Assembly: GCA_951406725.2 (NCBI GenBank)
Contig: OX597842.1
Location: 21,080,001 to 21,144,000, forward strand
Reading direction: 5' to 3'
DNA length: 64,000 nt
From: Octopus vulgaris
Lineage: Eukaryota
Part shown: positions 1 to 18,243 of the stretch, piece after piece
Layout: each line of letters begins with the position of its first letter
Numbering within the stretch: the first letter of the stretch is position 1
Made by a program: the position numbers and the translations under genes
The notes under the pieces: generated by a model
Told to the model about the DNA's origin: nothing
The model's input: only the letters and a program-made list of their open reading frames with translations
The model's database searches: none

Positions 1-88
1 CCGAGACCGGCCGCGATAACTGAATTTCCGCGAAGTAGGGACACCATATTTACAGTATTTATTTAACGTGTATTTGGACTTTTAAAAC

Positions 89-488
89 GGATCTTTTCGG
101 TTTGAACGGCAGTTTTTTATAGCGGTGTCATATGAAATTGTCACCCATAATTATGACCCTAGAATCGATCTATATTGCATTTCAATCTGTTTTAGGGTTA
201 GGGGTGGAGGAAGGGTATCTTTTTTTCTTCAGAAATGTACATAAACCCAATCTATTTCTTAAACGAGGGACATATTCATACGGCACAGAATGTTGTTTTT
301 TTTTACCTCAATGGACGTCATTGATTGGTTGAAATTGCAGAAATTGAAGAAAAAAAACCCAACAAATATCTTACAAACTATCGAATTTTCTCAATAAAGC
401 CAAGAGAAAAAGATGTTTTATAAACACATTCTACCAGTATACGAAGTTTAAAATTTTTTAGTTACTGCCGTTCAAACCGAAAAGATCC
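89..488. mobile_element. MITE with GGATCTTTTCGGTTTGAACGGCAG terminal inverted repeats
   Basis: Left end ggatcttttcggtttgaacggcag, right end ctgccgttcaaaccgaaaagatcc. About 400 bp, with many near-identical copies in the window and an internal ttagggttagggg. Confidence 0.85.
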
Positions 489-574
489 AAAAATTGTTTT
501 TAGCTTTTTTTATTTCCCCATGATAGTATGAATTCCAGTATGTACAAAACAAATGGAGTGCTTAAGGATGAAAT

Positions 575-998
575 GTAGAGTCGACCACAGCAGAATTTCA
601 ACTCAGAACAAAAAGACGGAAGAAATACCTATTTCTTTACTACCCACAAGGGGCTAAACATAGAGGGGACAAACAAGGACAGACAAACGGATTAAGTCGA
701 TTACATCGACCCCAGTGCGTAACTGGTACTTAATTTATCGACCCCGAAAGGATGAAAGGCAAAGTCGACCACGGCGGAATTTGAACTCAGAACGTAAAGA
801 CAGACGAAATACCTATTTCTTTACTACCCATAAGGGGCTAAACACAGAGGGGACAAACAAGAACAGACAAACAGATTAAGTCGATTATATTTAATCGACC
901 CCGAAAGGATAAAAGGCAAAGTCGACCTAGGCGGAATTTGAACTCAGAACATAACGGCAGAAATACCGGCGTGCTAACGAATCTGGTTGCTCGCCGCC
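575..998 (-). mobile_element. Stacked tRNA-derived (CORE-like) SINE copies
   Basis: The block gtcgacc..ggcggaatttgaactcagaac (B-box-like gagttcaaattcc on the minus strand) occurs three times in tandem. The head ggcggcgagc ends at about 998. A further fragment lies at 2807-2945. Confidence 0.7.
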
Positions 999-999
999 T

Positions 1000-1665
1000 C
1001 CCCCCTTCCTCTCTCTATAACACCACTTGCTCGACTGCTACCCCTTTTGTACTTCATTCTCTCTTTCCGCTACTCTTTTTGTAAGCTCTATCTTTCACAT
1101 TCCCTCCCTTAAAGCTCCTATGCAACTCTACCTCTCACTGCTACTCTAATTCTCTTTGTCTTCTATATCATTACCCTCCTTTTCCTTCTTGAATGTAATA
1201 CCACTCCTGCCACTCCGCTTGTATTTTCATTCTTTCTCATTCACCCTGTCATAGTTCTTATGTAATCTTCCTCTAACTGCTACTCTTTCATTCTCTCTCT
1301 ATTTCTCCCTCCTTCTTTTCTCTCTTCCTCACTATGATACTAACAGCACGTTCCTCTAACTGCTACTCTTTCATTCTCCGTCCTTCTTTTCTCTCTTCCT
1401 CACTATGACACTAACAGCACGTTCCTCTAACTGCTACTCTTTAATTCTCTCTCTCTTCAATATTATTCTTTCCTCCCCCCTTTAATACAATACTCTCCTC
1501 CTACTGCTATATGGTGTCTCTTTACTCGACCTCTCATAATCCTTATGTAATATGCCGCTAGCTGCTACTCTTTCTTTCTCTGTCTTTGCTCCCTCTCTAT
1601 CCTTTACTGCTGGAATGCTTCTCTCACTCTCACTATATAGCAGTACCTCTTACTGTAACTCTTTC

Positions 1666-1705
<40 letters not shown>

Positions 1706-1740
1706 CTTTCGACTCCTCCGCCTTCTATTCTCTGCATGGC
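1000..1740. repeat. CT-rich low-complexity region with (CT)n microsatellite
   Basis: Pyrimidine-rich tract with recurring ctaactgctactcttt and (ct)n at about 1668-1700. A similar tract lies at 3390-3920. Confidence 0.8.
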
Positions 1741-2130
1741 CGCTTCAAATAGCGAGTATGAGCAGCAAATCTTGTTAAATTTCTTCGAAACACTGCAAGA
1801 TTTTGAAATTTTTACCATATTATTTTTTTTTTAAATGTAATTTATATGTAGTTTTCCACGTTGAAAACGAAAATCATATTTGTTTTCTTTTTTCTAGATA
1901 ATAATAAAAAAAAAGTTACAAGCATTACAAAATATGTAATTTTAACCAATCGAATGCCTTTATTGCCAGATATGCCGGACTTCGTGACTTTTTGTCCCCA
2001 TGGGAACAGCACACACGCGAAACCTTTACATGGTCTCTCGACCCGCTAGAAATAACAGCCAAATCTTCCTTTACCTCAGTGGCTCTCATACATATTTTTG
2101 CCTATGGACCCTCCTTCGATTTCCATTTTA

Positions 2131-2548
2131 GGATCTCTTCGGTTTGAACGGCAGTTTTTTCTAGCGGTGTCATATGAAATTGTTACCCATAATTATGACC
2201 CTAGTATCGATCTATTGCATTTCAATCTGTTTTAGGGTTGGGGTTAGGGCTGGGGGGAAGGGTATCTTTTTTTCTTCACAAATGTAAATAAACCCAATGT
2301 GTTTCTTAAACGAGGGACATATTCATACGGCACAGAATGTTTTCACCTCAATAGACGTCATTGATTGGTTGAAATTGCAGAACTTGAAGAAAAAATACAA
2401 ACAAATATCTTACAAACTATAGAATTTGCACAATAAAGCCAAGAGAAAAAGATGTTTTATAAACACATTCTACCAGTATACGAAGTTTAAAAGTGTTTAG
2501 TTACGTGGAAATTATTTTTAAAAACTACCGTTCAAACCGAAAAGGTCC
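2131..2548. mobile_element. GGATC-MITE copy
   Basis: Same TIRs and internal sequence as 89-488. Confidence 0.85.
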
Positions 2549-3075
2549 AAATTTTCTTAAAATCATAGCCTTCCGTCATAAAAAATATCGCCCGTTTTCG
2601 GCATAACAAAAACCGTAACCCTAAACACCGGGGGTACGTATTCTTTACTTTCGCCCCTTCCGGTAATACAGTCCTTGTCTTTCTAGAAAACAGAATTACT
2701 AGGAGTTGGTTCCCAGTCCCTTCTAGTCGTTTCATACGCCATGCAGGGAATACGGGGACTGCATTCTACCGATCCCCCACCACAGTCGCAGGTGAGGCGT
2801 GCTAGTTACCTATTTCTTTATTACCCACAAGGGGCTAAACACAGAGGGGACAAACAAGGACAGACATAGGTATTAAGTCGATTACATCGACCCCAGTGCG
2901 TAACTGGTACTTAATTTATCGACCCCGAAAGGATGAAAGGCAAAGGGACCCTTACGGGTGCTACCACTCCGGGCCAGAGTAGGACATAGGAACAATAGTA
3001 GCTTGAGGTGGTTCCACATTCCTCAAACCCTGAAACCAGGGCCGGAGGGTCCCACTGCCGGAAGTAGTCTAGTGC

Positions 3076-3260
3076 GATCCTTCGGTATAGGTACCGTAAG
3101 TGGCTTTCTTTAAATTTCTGAAGGTAACAGAAACCCTTTTCTCCCACCCCAAACGCTAACCCTAACACAAACCCTAATCCTAACCGTAACGCTAACCCCC
3201 CATATATATGAAAAAAAAACCACTTTCTTGAAATGTATCCGGTACCTATACCGAAGTTAC
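3076..3260. mobile_element. Small MITE with cttcggtataggtaccg TIRs and internal telomere-like (CCCTAA) repeats
   Basis: cttcggtataggtaccg (3080-3096) is the reverse complement of cggtacctataccgaag (3240-3256). A degenerate ctaacc array lies inside. Confidence 0.65.
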
Positions 3261-3920
3261 GTCGTTTAGAGTCATACCTAGGTATAATATATCTGAAAAC
3301 AGCATAGGGTGGTCACAACTGGAGCGACGTTAAAATAAATATATCAAGACAGGATTTACCAAGGGCTAGACACGTAATTGGTTTTCTAACTACTACTCTT
3401 TCACTCTCCTCCCTCTCTCTCGTTCTATATTGCTTTCTTCCTCCTCCCTATTTCATAATACCCTCATTCGATTGCCCATTCTTTAGTCTTTCACATCCAC
3501 CTCTCTAAATCACTAAGTAAGTATCTCTCTAACTGTCACTCTTTAATAGTGTTACCCTGTCTCTCAGTCTATCTTTCTTCTGTTTTCCCTCCTCTTTCCT
3601 TTCACTCTACTCCTTCGTAGTTCCTCCTCCTTCTAATACTTTCTTGTCCTACTACTACTCTTAGACTTTCGCATCCACCTCTCTCAGTCACTATGTGACT
3701 ATCCCTCAAACCATTACTCTCTGATTACATCTCCGTCTCTTAGTTTGTCTTTTACCTAAGTAATTCTCTCCTCCCCTTCACGCTACTACTTCCTAGCTCC
3801 TCCTCCTCCTCCTCCTCCTTGTTATATTCTATCACTTTTTCCTTCCCCTACTACTCTTATACACTATTACTTTTTCGTCCCACTACTACTCTTACAGACT
3901 TTCACCTCCACCTCTCTCAT

Positions 3921-4099
3921 CCCTCGTTTAAGAAACAGATTGGGTTTATTTACGTTTCTCAAGAAAAAAAGGTGCCCTTCCCCCACCCCTAACCCTAAAA
4001 CAGATAGAAATGCAATAGATCGATACTAGGGTCATAATTATGGGTGACAATTTCATATGACACCGCTATAAAAAACTGCCGGTCAAACCGAAAAGATCC
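3921..4099. mobile_element. Partial GGATC-MITE
   Basis: Half element in inverted orientation, ending ctgccggtcaaaccgaaaagatcc. Confidence 0.75.
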
Positions 4100-4554
4100 T
4101 TAGGGTGATGTATAGAGGGAGGAAAATGACCGGAAAGGAGAGAAAGTGACATCAGGAAGGGACAAGGAGGACCATTAAAGGATGTTCCGTGAGGAAGCAA
4201 CAGGTTAAAGATGGCATCCTCTTTACGGGGTCAACGACGCAGTTAACTTATGTGCTGAAAAAGGAGTAGACTTTATTAAAATAATCTGGTGTAATTTTGG
4301 AAAAACTCAAGGTAATTTATTGACAGAATGGACAAAGAAATTCACTGGAGCGGAAAAAGGAACAGACATTATCAAAATAATCTGTTGAATGGGACAAAGA
4401 AAATCACTGGAGCGGAACCAACAAGTCAGCAGAGCCATCTATTGGAGAATTAGAGAAATGCAATCATACCAAGGGAAGTAACCTCTACAACACAGTTCCC
4501 TTCGTTTATTAATTAGTGCATTTAATTAGCGATCGCTGGACTCGCATTTTATAT

Positions 4555-4570
4555 CCGAATACGGTAAGTT
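4555..4570 (+). promoter_or_regulatory. Putative splice donor of a non-coding first exon of ZNF gene 1
   Basis: gaatacg|gtaagt is conserved upstream of the paralogs (16333, 32193, 39899). A matching acceptor ttttatatttcag lies at 6151, with equivalents near 17877, 24381 and 33747. Confidence 0.5.
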
Positions 4571-5337
4571 TACAAAGATTCACTTTAACGCTGTAATGGT
4601 GATAATAATACTACGAATAGCAATATAAATAATAGAATTATGTAAACCTCTCGCTGTCACTGTAATTATTTCGAAGCGGGAACCTGTCAGCATTAGGAAA
4701 TTATAATTACTCGTCTTAATTAATGAACTTTGAAACTGAAATGTTGATTTGATGCTTATAAAATACTATGACCGACTGATACATGTGATAGAACTGAAAT
4801 TAATTGGTAAAGTGAGAATAAAACAGCGTAATTAATTAGTAGAATGTGAGGAGTCCGATTGAAGAATTCCACATTAATATATGTTATCCTGTTGTTTATG
4901 AGGCATTGATAAAACGGTAAGTTGATAAAGATTTACTCTAATGTTATATTAATAATAGTAATGATGATGATGATTTCAAAACTGGCCCAGGGTCAGCAAT
5001 CTTTAATACGAGCGATAAGTCGATTGCATGGGTCCCGGTTTTTTCCCGAAAGAGATGAAAGAAAAAGTCGATCTCATCCGTATTTGAACTCAGGACTTTC
5101 CGCCGAGGTTGGCTTTGTATTTCATTCCATTCCGTGTGAAGAAAATAATAATGATGATGATGATAATAGTAATCTTTTGATAATTAAAACAATAACCTTT
5201 TGTTGTTTTGACTTGAAAATTGGCGGGAGGGCATAAGTGAATTACATGGACCCTAGTACTTGATTGCTTCTTATTTTTTCTACCTGGAAATGATGAAAGG
5301 GGACCTTGATGTGATTTGAACTTTGAGAGTAATGATG

Positions 5338-5985
5338 CGATCTTTTCACTTTGACCGGCAGATTTTAAAAATAATTTCTATGTAACTAAAACATTTTAAA
5401 CTTCGTATACTGGTAAAATGTGCTTAAAAAACATGTTTTTCTCTTGGCTTTCTTGAGAAAATTCTGCATTTTGTAACATATTTGTTTAATTTCTTGCATT
5501 TCGGCAATTTCAACTAATTAATGACGTCTATTGAGGTGAAAACGATTTCTGGCGGCGTTATATGAAAATGTCCCTGTTACATATTATATATTCGTTTAAG
5601 AAACAGATTGGGTTTATTTACATTTCTGAAGAAAAAAAGATACCCTTCCCCCAACCCTAAAACAGATTGAAATGCAATAGATCGATCGATACTAGGATCA
5701 TAATTATGGGTGGACACTAAATAGGGAACGGTTTTGTTATCCAGCTCTGTTTACGAGTGACCCCTCAGTTTATGGCCATGGGGTATCTTTTTTCTCATAA
5801 AAAACAGGGACATTTTAATATGACGCCGCCAGTATATGTTACGGCAGAAATCGTTTTCACCTCAATAGATGTCTTTGATTGGTTGAAATTGCCGAAATGC
5901 AAAATATTAAACAACAAATATGTTACAAACTACAGAATTTTCTCAATAAAGCCAAGAGAAAAAGATGTTTTATGTACACATTCTA
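5338..5985. mobile_element. Composite GGATC-MITE, right end deleted
   Basis: Equivalent to 23317-24052 but truncated on the right. Confidence 0.75.
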
Positions 5986-6517
5986 ATAAACTTGTGTGGG
6001 TATACCATTGTTTCAATGCCTCAATGAACTCTGACCCCTGTAAACATTGACATTAAATGGCTGACAGTGTTCCTGTTGCAATATTTACAATGTTGAATTA
6101 CTATGTCACTTAACTATCCTCTTTATCTTACTGCATCTTTTTATATTTCAGAATATCACATCATGTTGACATGAAAGAAATTACTTCGTTCAGATGTGCC
6201 TTTGATATTTTTATCAACTAAAGGAAGACGATATATTTATAAGGAGCATTCATCTATACATCAACGTTTCTATATAAATATAATCTATGACAAACAACAG
6301 CAGAATATTTTTCTTGTCTGGAATGTAGAGGAGGTGATTGCTTTACATATTTGGATAACTTTACAAACGAGTTGACAGTTTTCACCTGTTGATTTAGGTA
6401 TTAAGTAAGATCACAGAAGAAAGAAAGATTAACATTAAATTATTCTCTAAAAAAAGTAATGCAAATGGACACAAACATATTCATAGAAAAGAAAAAAACA
6501 ATATTATTGTGATATAT

Positions 6518-11622
<5,105 letters not shown>

Positions 11623-11972
11623 TACAATGGTGACTTGACTAATTATAAGCATATTCATACTGGGGAAAAACAATATCACTGTGATATCTATGGTAAATCA
11701 TTCTCTCAAAAACGCCATTTATATACACATGTGAGTATTCACACAAAAGTGCAACCATTCAGTATTAATCTTTATTACAACAATTATGGCTATGTTTTCC
11801 TGCTGAAAGACAGGGCTATCTTTATCTCTTCAAATATGATGTTATCGACTTCAATTTCAATAATGTCAACATCAAATTCATGAATGTCATGTATATATAT
11901 GGAAGTATATCAACAATGTCTTAGATTTCTGAAGATGATTGCTCTGGATTTTTGAGCAATTTGTTTTGAGAG

Positions 11973-11999
11973 AATAAAGAAATGGGAATAATGAATAAA
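11973..11999 (+). promoter_or_regulatory. Paired AATAAA polyadenylation signals (ZNF gene 1)
   Basis: aataaa at 11973 and 11994. The same pair is conserved behind genes 2, 3 and 4 (about 19730, 26533, 35648). Confidence 0.5.
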
Positions 12000-12597
12000 A
12001 GGTTACACTGAAGTTGGTTTTGTCTATGTGTTTTCATCATTGTCGCTGTTATCATCATCATCCTTTAGTGAAATTTTTTTTTTTTACTGGCATGGGTGGC
12101 ACAGTGTGACATGAGCTGGCAACCCATGATGCTGCACTAGGTTCCAGTCTGATTTGTTTGGGTTTCTTTGGGTGTATTCTCCTAATAGAGTTTGTGCTTC
12201 AAATATATGTGTGTATGTGTGTATATATATATATGTAAATATATCATCATCATCATCATCCAATGAAAAAAAATATATATTTACAATGATACCGAGGTGA
12301 AGGGGTTCCGCCACACTTTTACCAAGCAAAAATAAGGAGTTTGCTGCACATTGCGAGGTCAGGGTACTTGATTCCATGCAAAAAATCTGAGTTTTTTTGT
12401 TTGTCCTTATGAAAATCTTTTGGGTGAAAATAATAAAATTTACCCGAAATTCTTCTGGACACAAACTTCTCCGAAAAAAATTGTGACAACAAATTCGTAT
12501 GTAATCGTATTCTATACCATCTAAAAAGTATTGTGATCGTAATCTATCTCATCAGAAATGTAGTCATGGAAAATTTTGAATTACTGTTAATCTACCA

Positions 12598-12787
12598 AAT
12601 CATCATCATCAATTAACGTCCGCTTTCCATGCTAGCATGGGTTGGACGATTTGACTGAGGTCTGGCAAACCAGACTCCAATCTGATCTGGCAGAGTTTCT
12701 ACAGCTTGATGCCCTTCCTAACGCCAACCAGCTGTAGAAACTCTGCCAGATCAGATTGGAGTCTGGTTCGCCAGACCTCAGTCAAAT
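12598..12787 (-). mobile_element. RTE-tail SINE fragment with internal inversion (hairpin)
   Basis: (cat)n tail plus ttccatgctagcatgggttggacg. Arms 12649-12706 and 12730-12787 are inverted copies. Also present at 28372-28508 and 36354-36492. Confidence 0.85.
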
Positions 12788-14022
12788 ATACATATATATA
12801 TATGTACAAATGATAAGAAGACAGAAAATTGTTTAACACATCGTGGCTGGGCAGTAAAAACAGTTCCTCTCGTACTAAAATTCCTGTGATGGGTGAAAAG
12901 TTATTCGACCAGCGACTTCGGAAAATGGGAGAAACTATTAAATAGATAACTTGACATTTGCTCAGGAATTAAACAATGAAGATATTTATGTTTGTGGTGG
13001 CGAAGTTGTGTGATCTGCAGTAGAGTAGATTAAATCGCCTCCCACCAAGCAGACCAACTTCGTGGCCTTAGAGTGTGTAGGCAAGGGAAGAGAGATGCAA
13101 AAAAAAATGAGAATTATATATATATATAAAGCTGAAGTTGTCTGTGTATGGCAGGTTTGGTAGCTTTCAAATAACATTATCTCCTCTGAGACCCTGTGGC
13201 ACAAGTTGACCAAACTTGAGAGTATGATAGAAGAAGGCTTACTCTTCCTTCTGTAGAAGAAAAAATTCAAATCGGACCATGTTAACACCAAAAATTATTT
13301 ACATCACAAAGGTGCTTTTTCTCTATGAAAATCCCTATTTATTACGATTTTTTGACTGCTGTGTCGTCATTTTTCGGTGTATTTCAACCAGAAAAATGTT
13401 CACTTAAAGAGGATAACAAGCTACATAATGCAAAATTTTTACTTTTAAAAAATTCCAATTTTAAAGGGTCGTAAAGAAAACAAGCCCGAGCAACGCTGGG
13501 CTATACTGCTAGTATATATATAAAGAGCTATGTGTAATGACTGTATGACCCAAGGTATTTGTAATCAGTCTCCCTTCTACAGGCCACCAATGTCATCCAA
13601 GTGAAGGCCAAAAGCCAATGCAGCTTGGCACCAGTGATGTTGCAGCTCATTTCTAGAGGTGAGTGAACTGGACCACCATGAAATAAAGTGTCTTGCTCAA
13701 GAACACAACACACAGCCTGGTCCAGGAATTGAACTCACTACTTAATGATTGTGAACCCAGCATTCTAACCACTGAGCTATGTGCATCTCTCTCTCTCTTT
13801 CTCTGTGTGTATACATACATACATATATATGAATGTATATACAGGAGGCAGCTTCTATATATGGCTGAAATGAGAAGACCCAGAATAGCTTTTCCTATTT
13901 TTAATTCCAATATTTATAGCTTGTACTTAACATTAAGGTTTTTAATAAAAATTACTTAATGAGTATAAGACTTTATTTAGATGTATATTAAATAAATAAA
14001 TAAACTAATTAATTAATAATTT

Positions 14023-14790
14023 AGGCGCAGGAGTGGCTGTGTGGTAAGAAACTTGTTAACTAACCACATGGTTCCGGGTTCAGTCTGGTATATGTGTGTG
14101 TTTGTGATTGTTCCCCTAACATTGTTTGACAACTGATGCTGGTGTGTTTATGTCCCCATTATTTAATGATGTGTAACTGTTCTTAGAATCATGTCTATTT
14201 AAAAGAAAACTGAAGGGTAAATATAAAAAAAGTCAATAAGGCGCAGGAGTGGCTGTGTGGTAAGTAGCTTGCTTACCAACCACACAGTTCCGGGTTCAGT
14301 CCCACTGCGTGGCACCTTCGACAAGTGTCTTCTGCTATAGCTTCAGGCCGACCAAAGCCTTGTGAGTGCATTTGGTAGACAGAAACTGAAAGAAGCCCGT
14401 CGTATATATATATATAGGAGTGGCTGTGTGGTAAGTAGCTTGCTTACCAACCACACAGTTCCGGTTTCAGTCCCACTGCGTGGCTCCTTGGGCAAGTGTC
14501 TTCTACTATAGCCTCGGGCCGTCAAAGCCTCATGAGTGGATTTTGTAGACGGAAACTGAAAGAAGCCTGTCGTATATATATATATGTGTGTGTTTGTCTC
14601 CCCAACATTGCTTGACAACCGATGCTGAAGTGTTTACGTCCACATTACTTAGCGGTTCGGCAAAAGAGACCGATAGGATAAGTACTAGACTTACAAAGAA
14701 TAAGTCCTGGGGTCGATTTGCTTGACTAAAAGGCGGTGCTCCAGCATGGCCGCAGTCAAACGACTGAAGCAAGTAAAAGAGAAAGAGAAA
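14023..14790 (+). mobile_element. Cluster of three tRNA-derived SINEs (ggcgcaggagtggctgtgtggtaag family)
   Basis: A-box-like tggctgtgtgg and B-box-like ggttcagtccc, with heads at about 14023, 14240 and 14416. Only one copy sits at the paralogous sites 30421 and 38412. Confidence 0.8.
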
Positions 14791-15254
14791 GGGTTACATT
14801 CTCTCTATAGATTAGTATAAAGGAGCTAATTTTGAATTCCCATATACAAAGTAAACAATCAGGTGGGGTTGGTTGTATTTAACAGGAAAAAACTAACCAA
14901 ATAAGGGAGTATGGAATTTTAAATATTGGGGACTAAAATTAATATCAAACTATCCATAATCAATACAGCTTAGATATTAGTATGAAAGAAATCATCATCA
15001 TCATTTACTGTCCGTTTTCCATGCTAGCATGTGTTGGATGGTTCGACTGGGCTATGGGAAGCCAGGAGGCTGCACCAGGCTCCAGTCTGATCTGGCAGTG
15101 TTTCTACAGCTGGATGCCCTTCCTAACGCCAAGGACTCCGTGAGTGAAGTGGGTGTTTTTTAGTGCTACCGGTACGGGCTGCATGAGGCTGGCAAAAAGC
15201 CCCGATTTGTTGATGCTTTTATGTGTCACCGACATGGACGGCGCTGGTATCTTC

Positions 15255-15659
15255 CATGTTCGGGTGGAAGGAGACTGGAATAGGGTAGCCATTGACATCA
15301 TGAACTATTGGGAAAATGTATACCCCTCAATGGTCGACTGTGGTCCAGAGCAGATGGCTATATGGAGAGAGATCAGGGCAGAGAGTGCTGCCAAAATTGC
15401 CAGAAGACAATGGAGGTAGTCTTCTGGTACAACATACCGTCCAGGTTAGGGCAAACCGAAGAGTCTGCCTCGAAAAGAGCCATATTCTAGTGAAAAGGGA
15501 GACATCTCAGCATGGTGTCTGTACAGTTCGAAGACGAGGTGTGGGTGAAGACCCTGAATGCTTGTGTAGGGCACTGGCCATAAATTTATAACAGTCGGAC
15601 TATAGACAGGAACCTCACAGCTGGCTACTTAGTGAGTTGCTCTGCAGAGAAGGGACTTC
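15255..15659 (+). pseudogene. Gypsy-type integrase core fragment
   Basis: WNRVAIDIMNY..MVDCGP..AIWREIRAESA resembles the first Asp region of rve integrase. It is frameshifted and duplicated at about 31235-31638 and 39228-39633. Confidence 0.6.
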
Positions 15660-16058
15660 CGATCTTTTCCGTTTGACCGGCAGTTTTTTCTAGCGGTGTC
15701 ATATGAAATTGTCACCCATAATTATGACCCTAGTATTGATCTATTGCATTTCAATCTCTTTTAGGGTTGGAGGTGGGGGGAAGGGTATCTTTTTCTTCAG
15801 AAATGTAAATAAACCCAATCTGTTTCTTAAACGAGGGACATATTCATACGGCACAGAATGTTTTCAACTTAGTAGACGTCATTGATTGGTTGAAATTGAA
15901 GAAAAAAACAACAAATATCTTACAAACTATAGAATTTTCTCAAGAAAGCCAAGAGAAAAAGATGTTTTATAAACACATTCTACCAGTATACGAAGTTTAA
16001 AAGTGTTTAGTTACGTGGAAATTAATTTAGAAAACTGCCGGTCAAACCGAAAAGATCC
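15660..16058. mobile_element. GGATC-MITE at the junction between the gene 1 and gene 2 units
   Basis: Full TIRs but no matching TSD. Paralogous copy at 31639-32019 and stub at 39634-39680. Confidence 0.85.
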
Positions 16059-16881
16059 TAGAATATACAAATATACTTTGTTAAATTAATCTGGTGAGAA
16101 TTTAAAAAAAACTTGAAGATGGAGTTATTGACAGAAAGGGACAAAGTTAAAAAAACACCGGAACGAATCCTACGCGTCAGTAGCGCTCTCTATTGGAAAA
16201 TTGAGGAAATACAATCATATCAAGGGACACAACTTGTACAAACATCAACCACGAGGCCAAAGTAGCTAATTAGGGAAGTTAATTAGGGAGGTTAATTACC
16301 GATCACCGAGTCGCTGTTTATTTCTGAATACGGTAAGTTTACAAAAGATTTACTTTCAGGCTGTAATAGTGTTGATAATACTACTAATAATAAGGTAAAT
16401 AATAGAATTCTGTGAACCTCTCGATGTTACAGTAATTATTTTTCCAAGCGGTAACCTGTCGATAATTAGGAAAATATATTTGTTCGTCTTAATTAATAAT
16501 TTCCAAACTGAAATGTTGATTTGTTGTTTATAAAATACTATGACCGACTGATACATGTGATATAAAGTAAATTAGTTGGTAAAAATGAATGTAATGTGGC
16601 ATAATTAGTAAAATGAGAAGAAACCGATTGAATAATTCCACATTAATTAATTCTGTCCCGTTGTTAATTAGGCATTGATAAAACGGTAAGTTGATGAAGA
16701 TTTGCTTTAAGGTTATATTAATATTCGTAATGGTGGTTTCAAATTTCGGTCCAGGGCCAGCAATTGTTTTAGGGCGAGTGGGAGTCGATGACACGGGCCC
16801 CAGAATTTCCTGTAAGGGATGAACGGCAAAGTCAACCTCGGCTGTATTTGAACCCAAGACTTTCTGTCAAGATCGGCTCTG

Positions 16882-17548
16882 GGATCTTTTCGGTTTGAAC
16901 GGCAGTTTTTAAAAATATTTTCCACGTAACTAAACAGTTTTAAACTTCGTATATTGGTAGAGTGTGTTTATAAAACATCTTTTTCTCTTGGCTTTCTTGA
17001 GAAAATTCTATAGTTTGTGAGATATTTGTTGTTTTTTTCTCTTCAATTTCAACCAATCAATGACGTCTATTGAGGTGAAAACATTCTGTGCCGTATGAAT
17101 ATGTCCCTCGTTTCAGAAACAGATTGGGTTTATTTACATTTCTGAAGAAAAAAAGATACCCTTCCCCCCACCCTAACCCTAAAACAGATTGAAAAGCAAA
17201 ATATCGATACTAGGGTCATAATTACGGGTGGACACTAAAAAGGGAACGGTTTTGTTATCCAGCTCTGTTTACGAGAGACCCCTCAGTTTATGGCCACAGG
17301 GTATCTTTTTTCTCATAAAAAACAGGGACATTTTCATATGACGCCGCCAGTAAATTTTACGGCAGAAATCGTTTTCACCTCAATAGATGTCTTTGATTGG
17401 TTGAAATTGCCGAAATGCAAGAAATTAAACAACAAATATGTTACAAACTACAGAATTTTCTCAAGAAAGCCAAGAGAAAAAGATGTTTTATAAACACATT
17501 CTACCAGTATACGAAGTTTAAAATCTGCCGGTCCAAGCGAAAAGATCC
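16882..17548. mobile_element. Chimeric GGATC-MITE in the gene 2 intron
   Basis: The left end comes from the 400-bp family. The right end is shared with 23317-24052 and is followed by taatgatg. Copy at 32726-33415. Confidence 0.75.
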
Positions 17549-18243
17549 TAATGATGTGCAGGGCACTGACCATGGGCTCATCGTAGACAACATGAAGACA
17601 GGGACCTTCACTGCTGGATAGCTGGCGAGCTGGTCCAGAAAAGGGAATTCCGGTTGGCAACATGAAGTCTTAAATCAAACATTTTTCTGAAAGGTAAAGG
17701 TGAAGTGTGTAGTAAACTTGTGTGGGTATACCAATGTTTCAACAGCTCAATGAACTCTGACCCCTGTAAACATTGACATTAAATGGCCGACAGTGTTCAT
17801 GTTGTAATATTTACAATGTTGAATTACTATGTCACTTAACTATCCTCTTTATCTTACTGTTTCTTTTTATATTTCAGAATATCACATCATGTTGACATGA
17901 AAGAAATTACTTCATTCAGATGTGCCTTTGATATTTCTATCAACTAAAGGAAGATGATATATTTATAAGGAGCATTCATCTATACATCAACGTTTCTATA
18001 TAAATATAATCTATGACAAACAACAGCAGAATATTTTTCTTGTCTGGAATGTAGAGGAGGTGATTGCTTTACAAGTTTGGATAACTTTACAAATGAGTTG
18101 ACAGTTTTCACCTGTTGATTTAGGTATTAAGTAAGATCACAGAAGAAAGAAAGATTTACATTAAATTATTCTCTAAAAAAAGTAATGCAAATGGACACAA
18201 ACATATTCATAGAAAAGAAAAAAACAATATTATTGTGATATAT

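Noticed and set aside
132-6050. Recurrent short ORFs (MKLSPIIMT..., MTPQFMA..., MIKIYSN...)
   Set aside because: They recur only because they lie in MITEs or duplicated non-coding DNA, and they carry no domains.
14240-14320. tRNA genes
   Set aside because: The A/B-box sequences are SINE heads continuing into SINE bodies, with no convincing cloverleaf.
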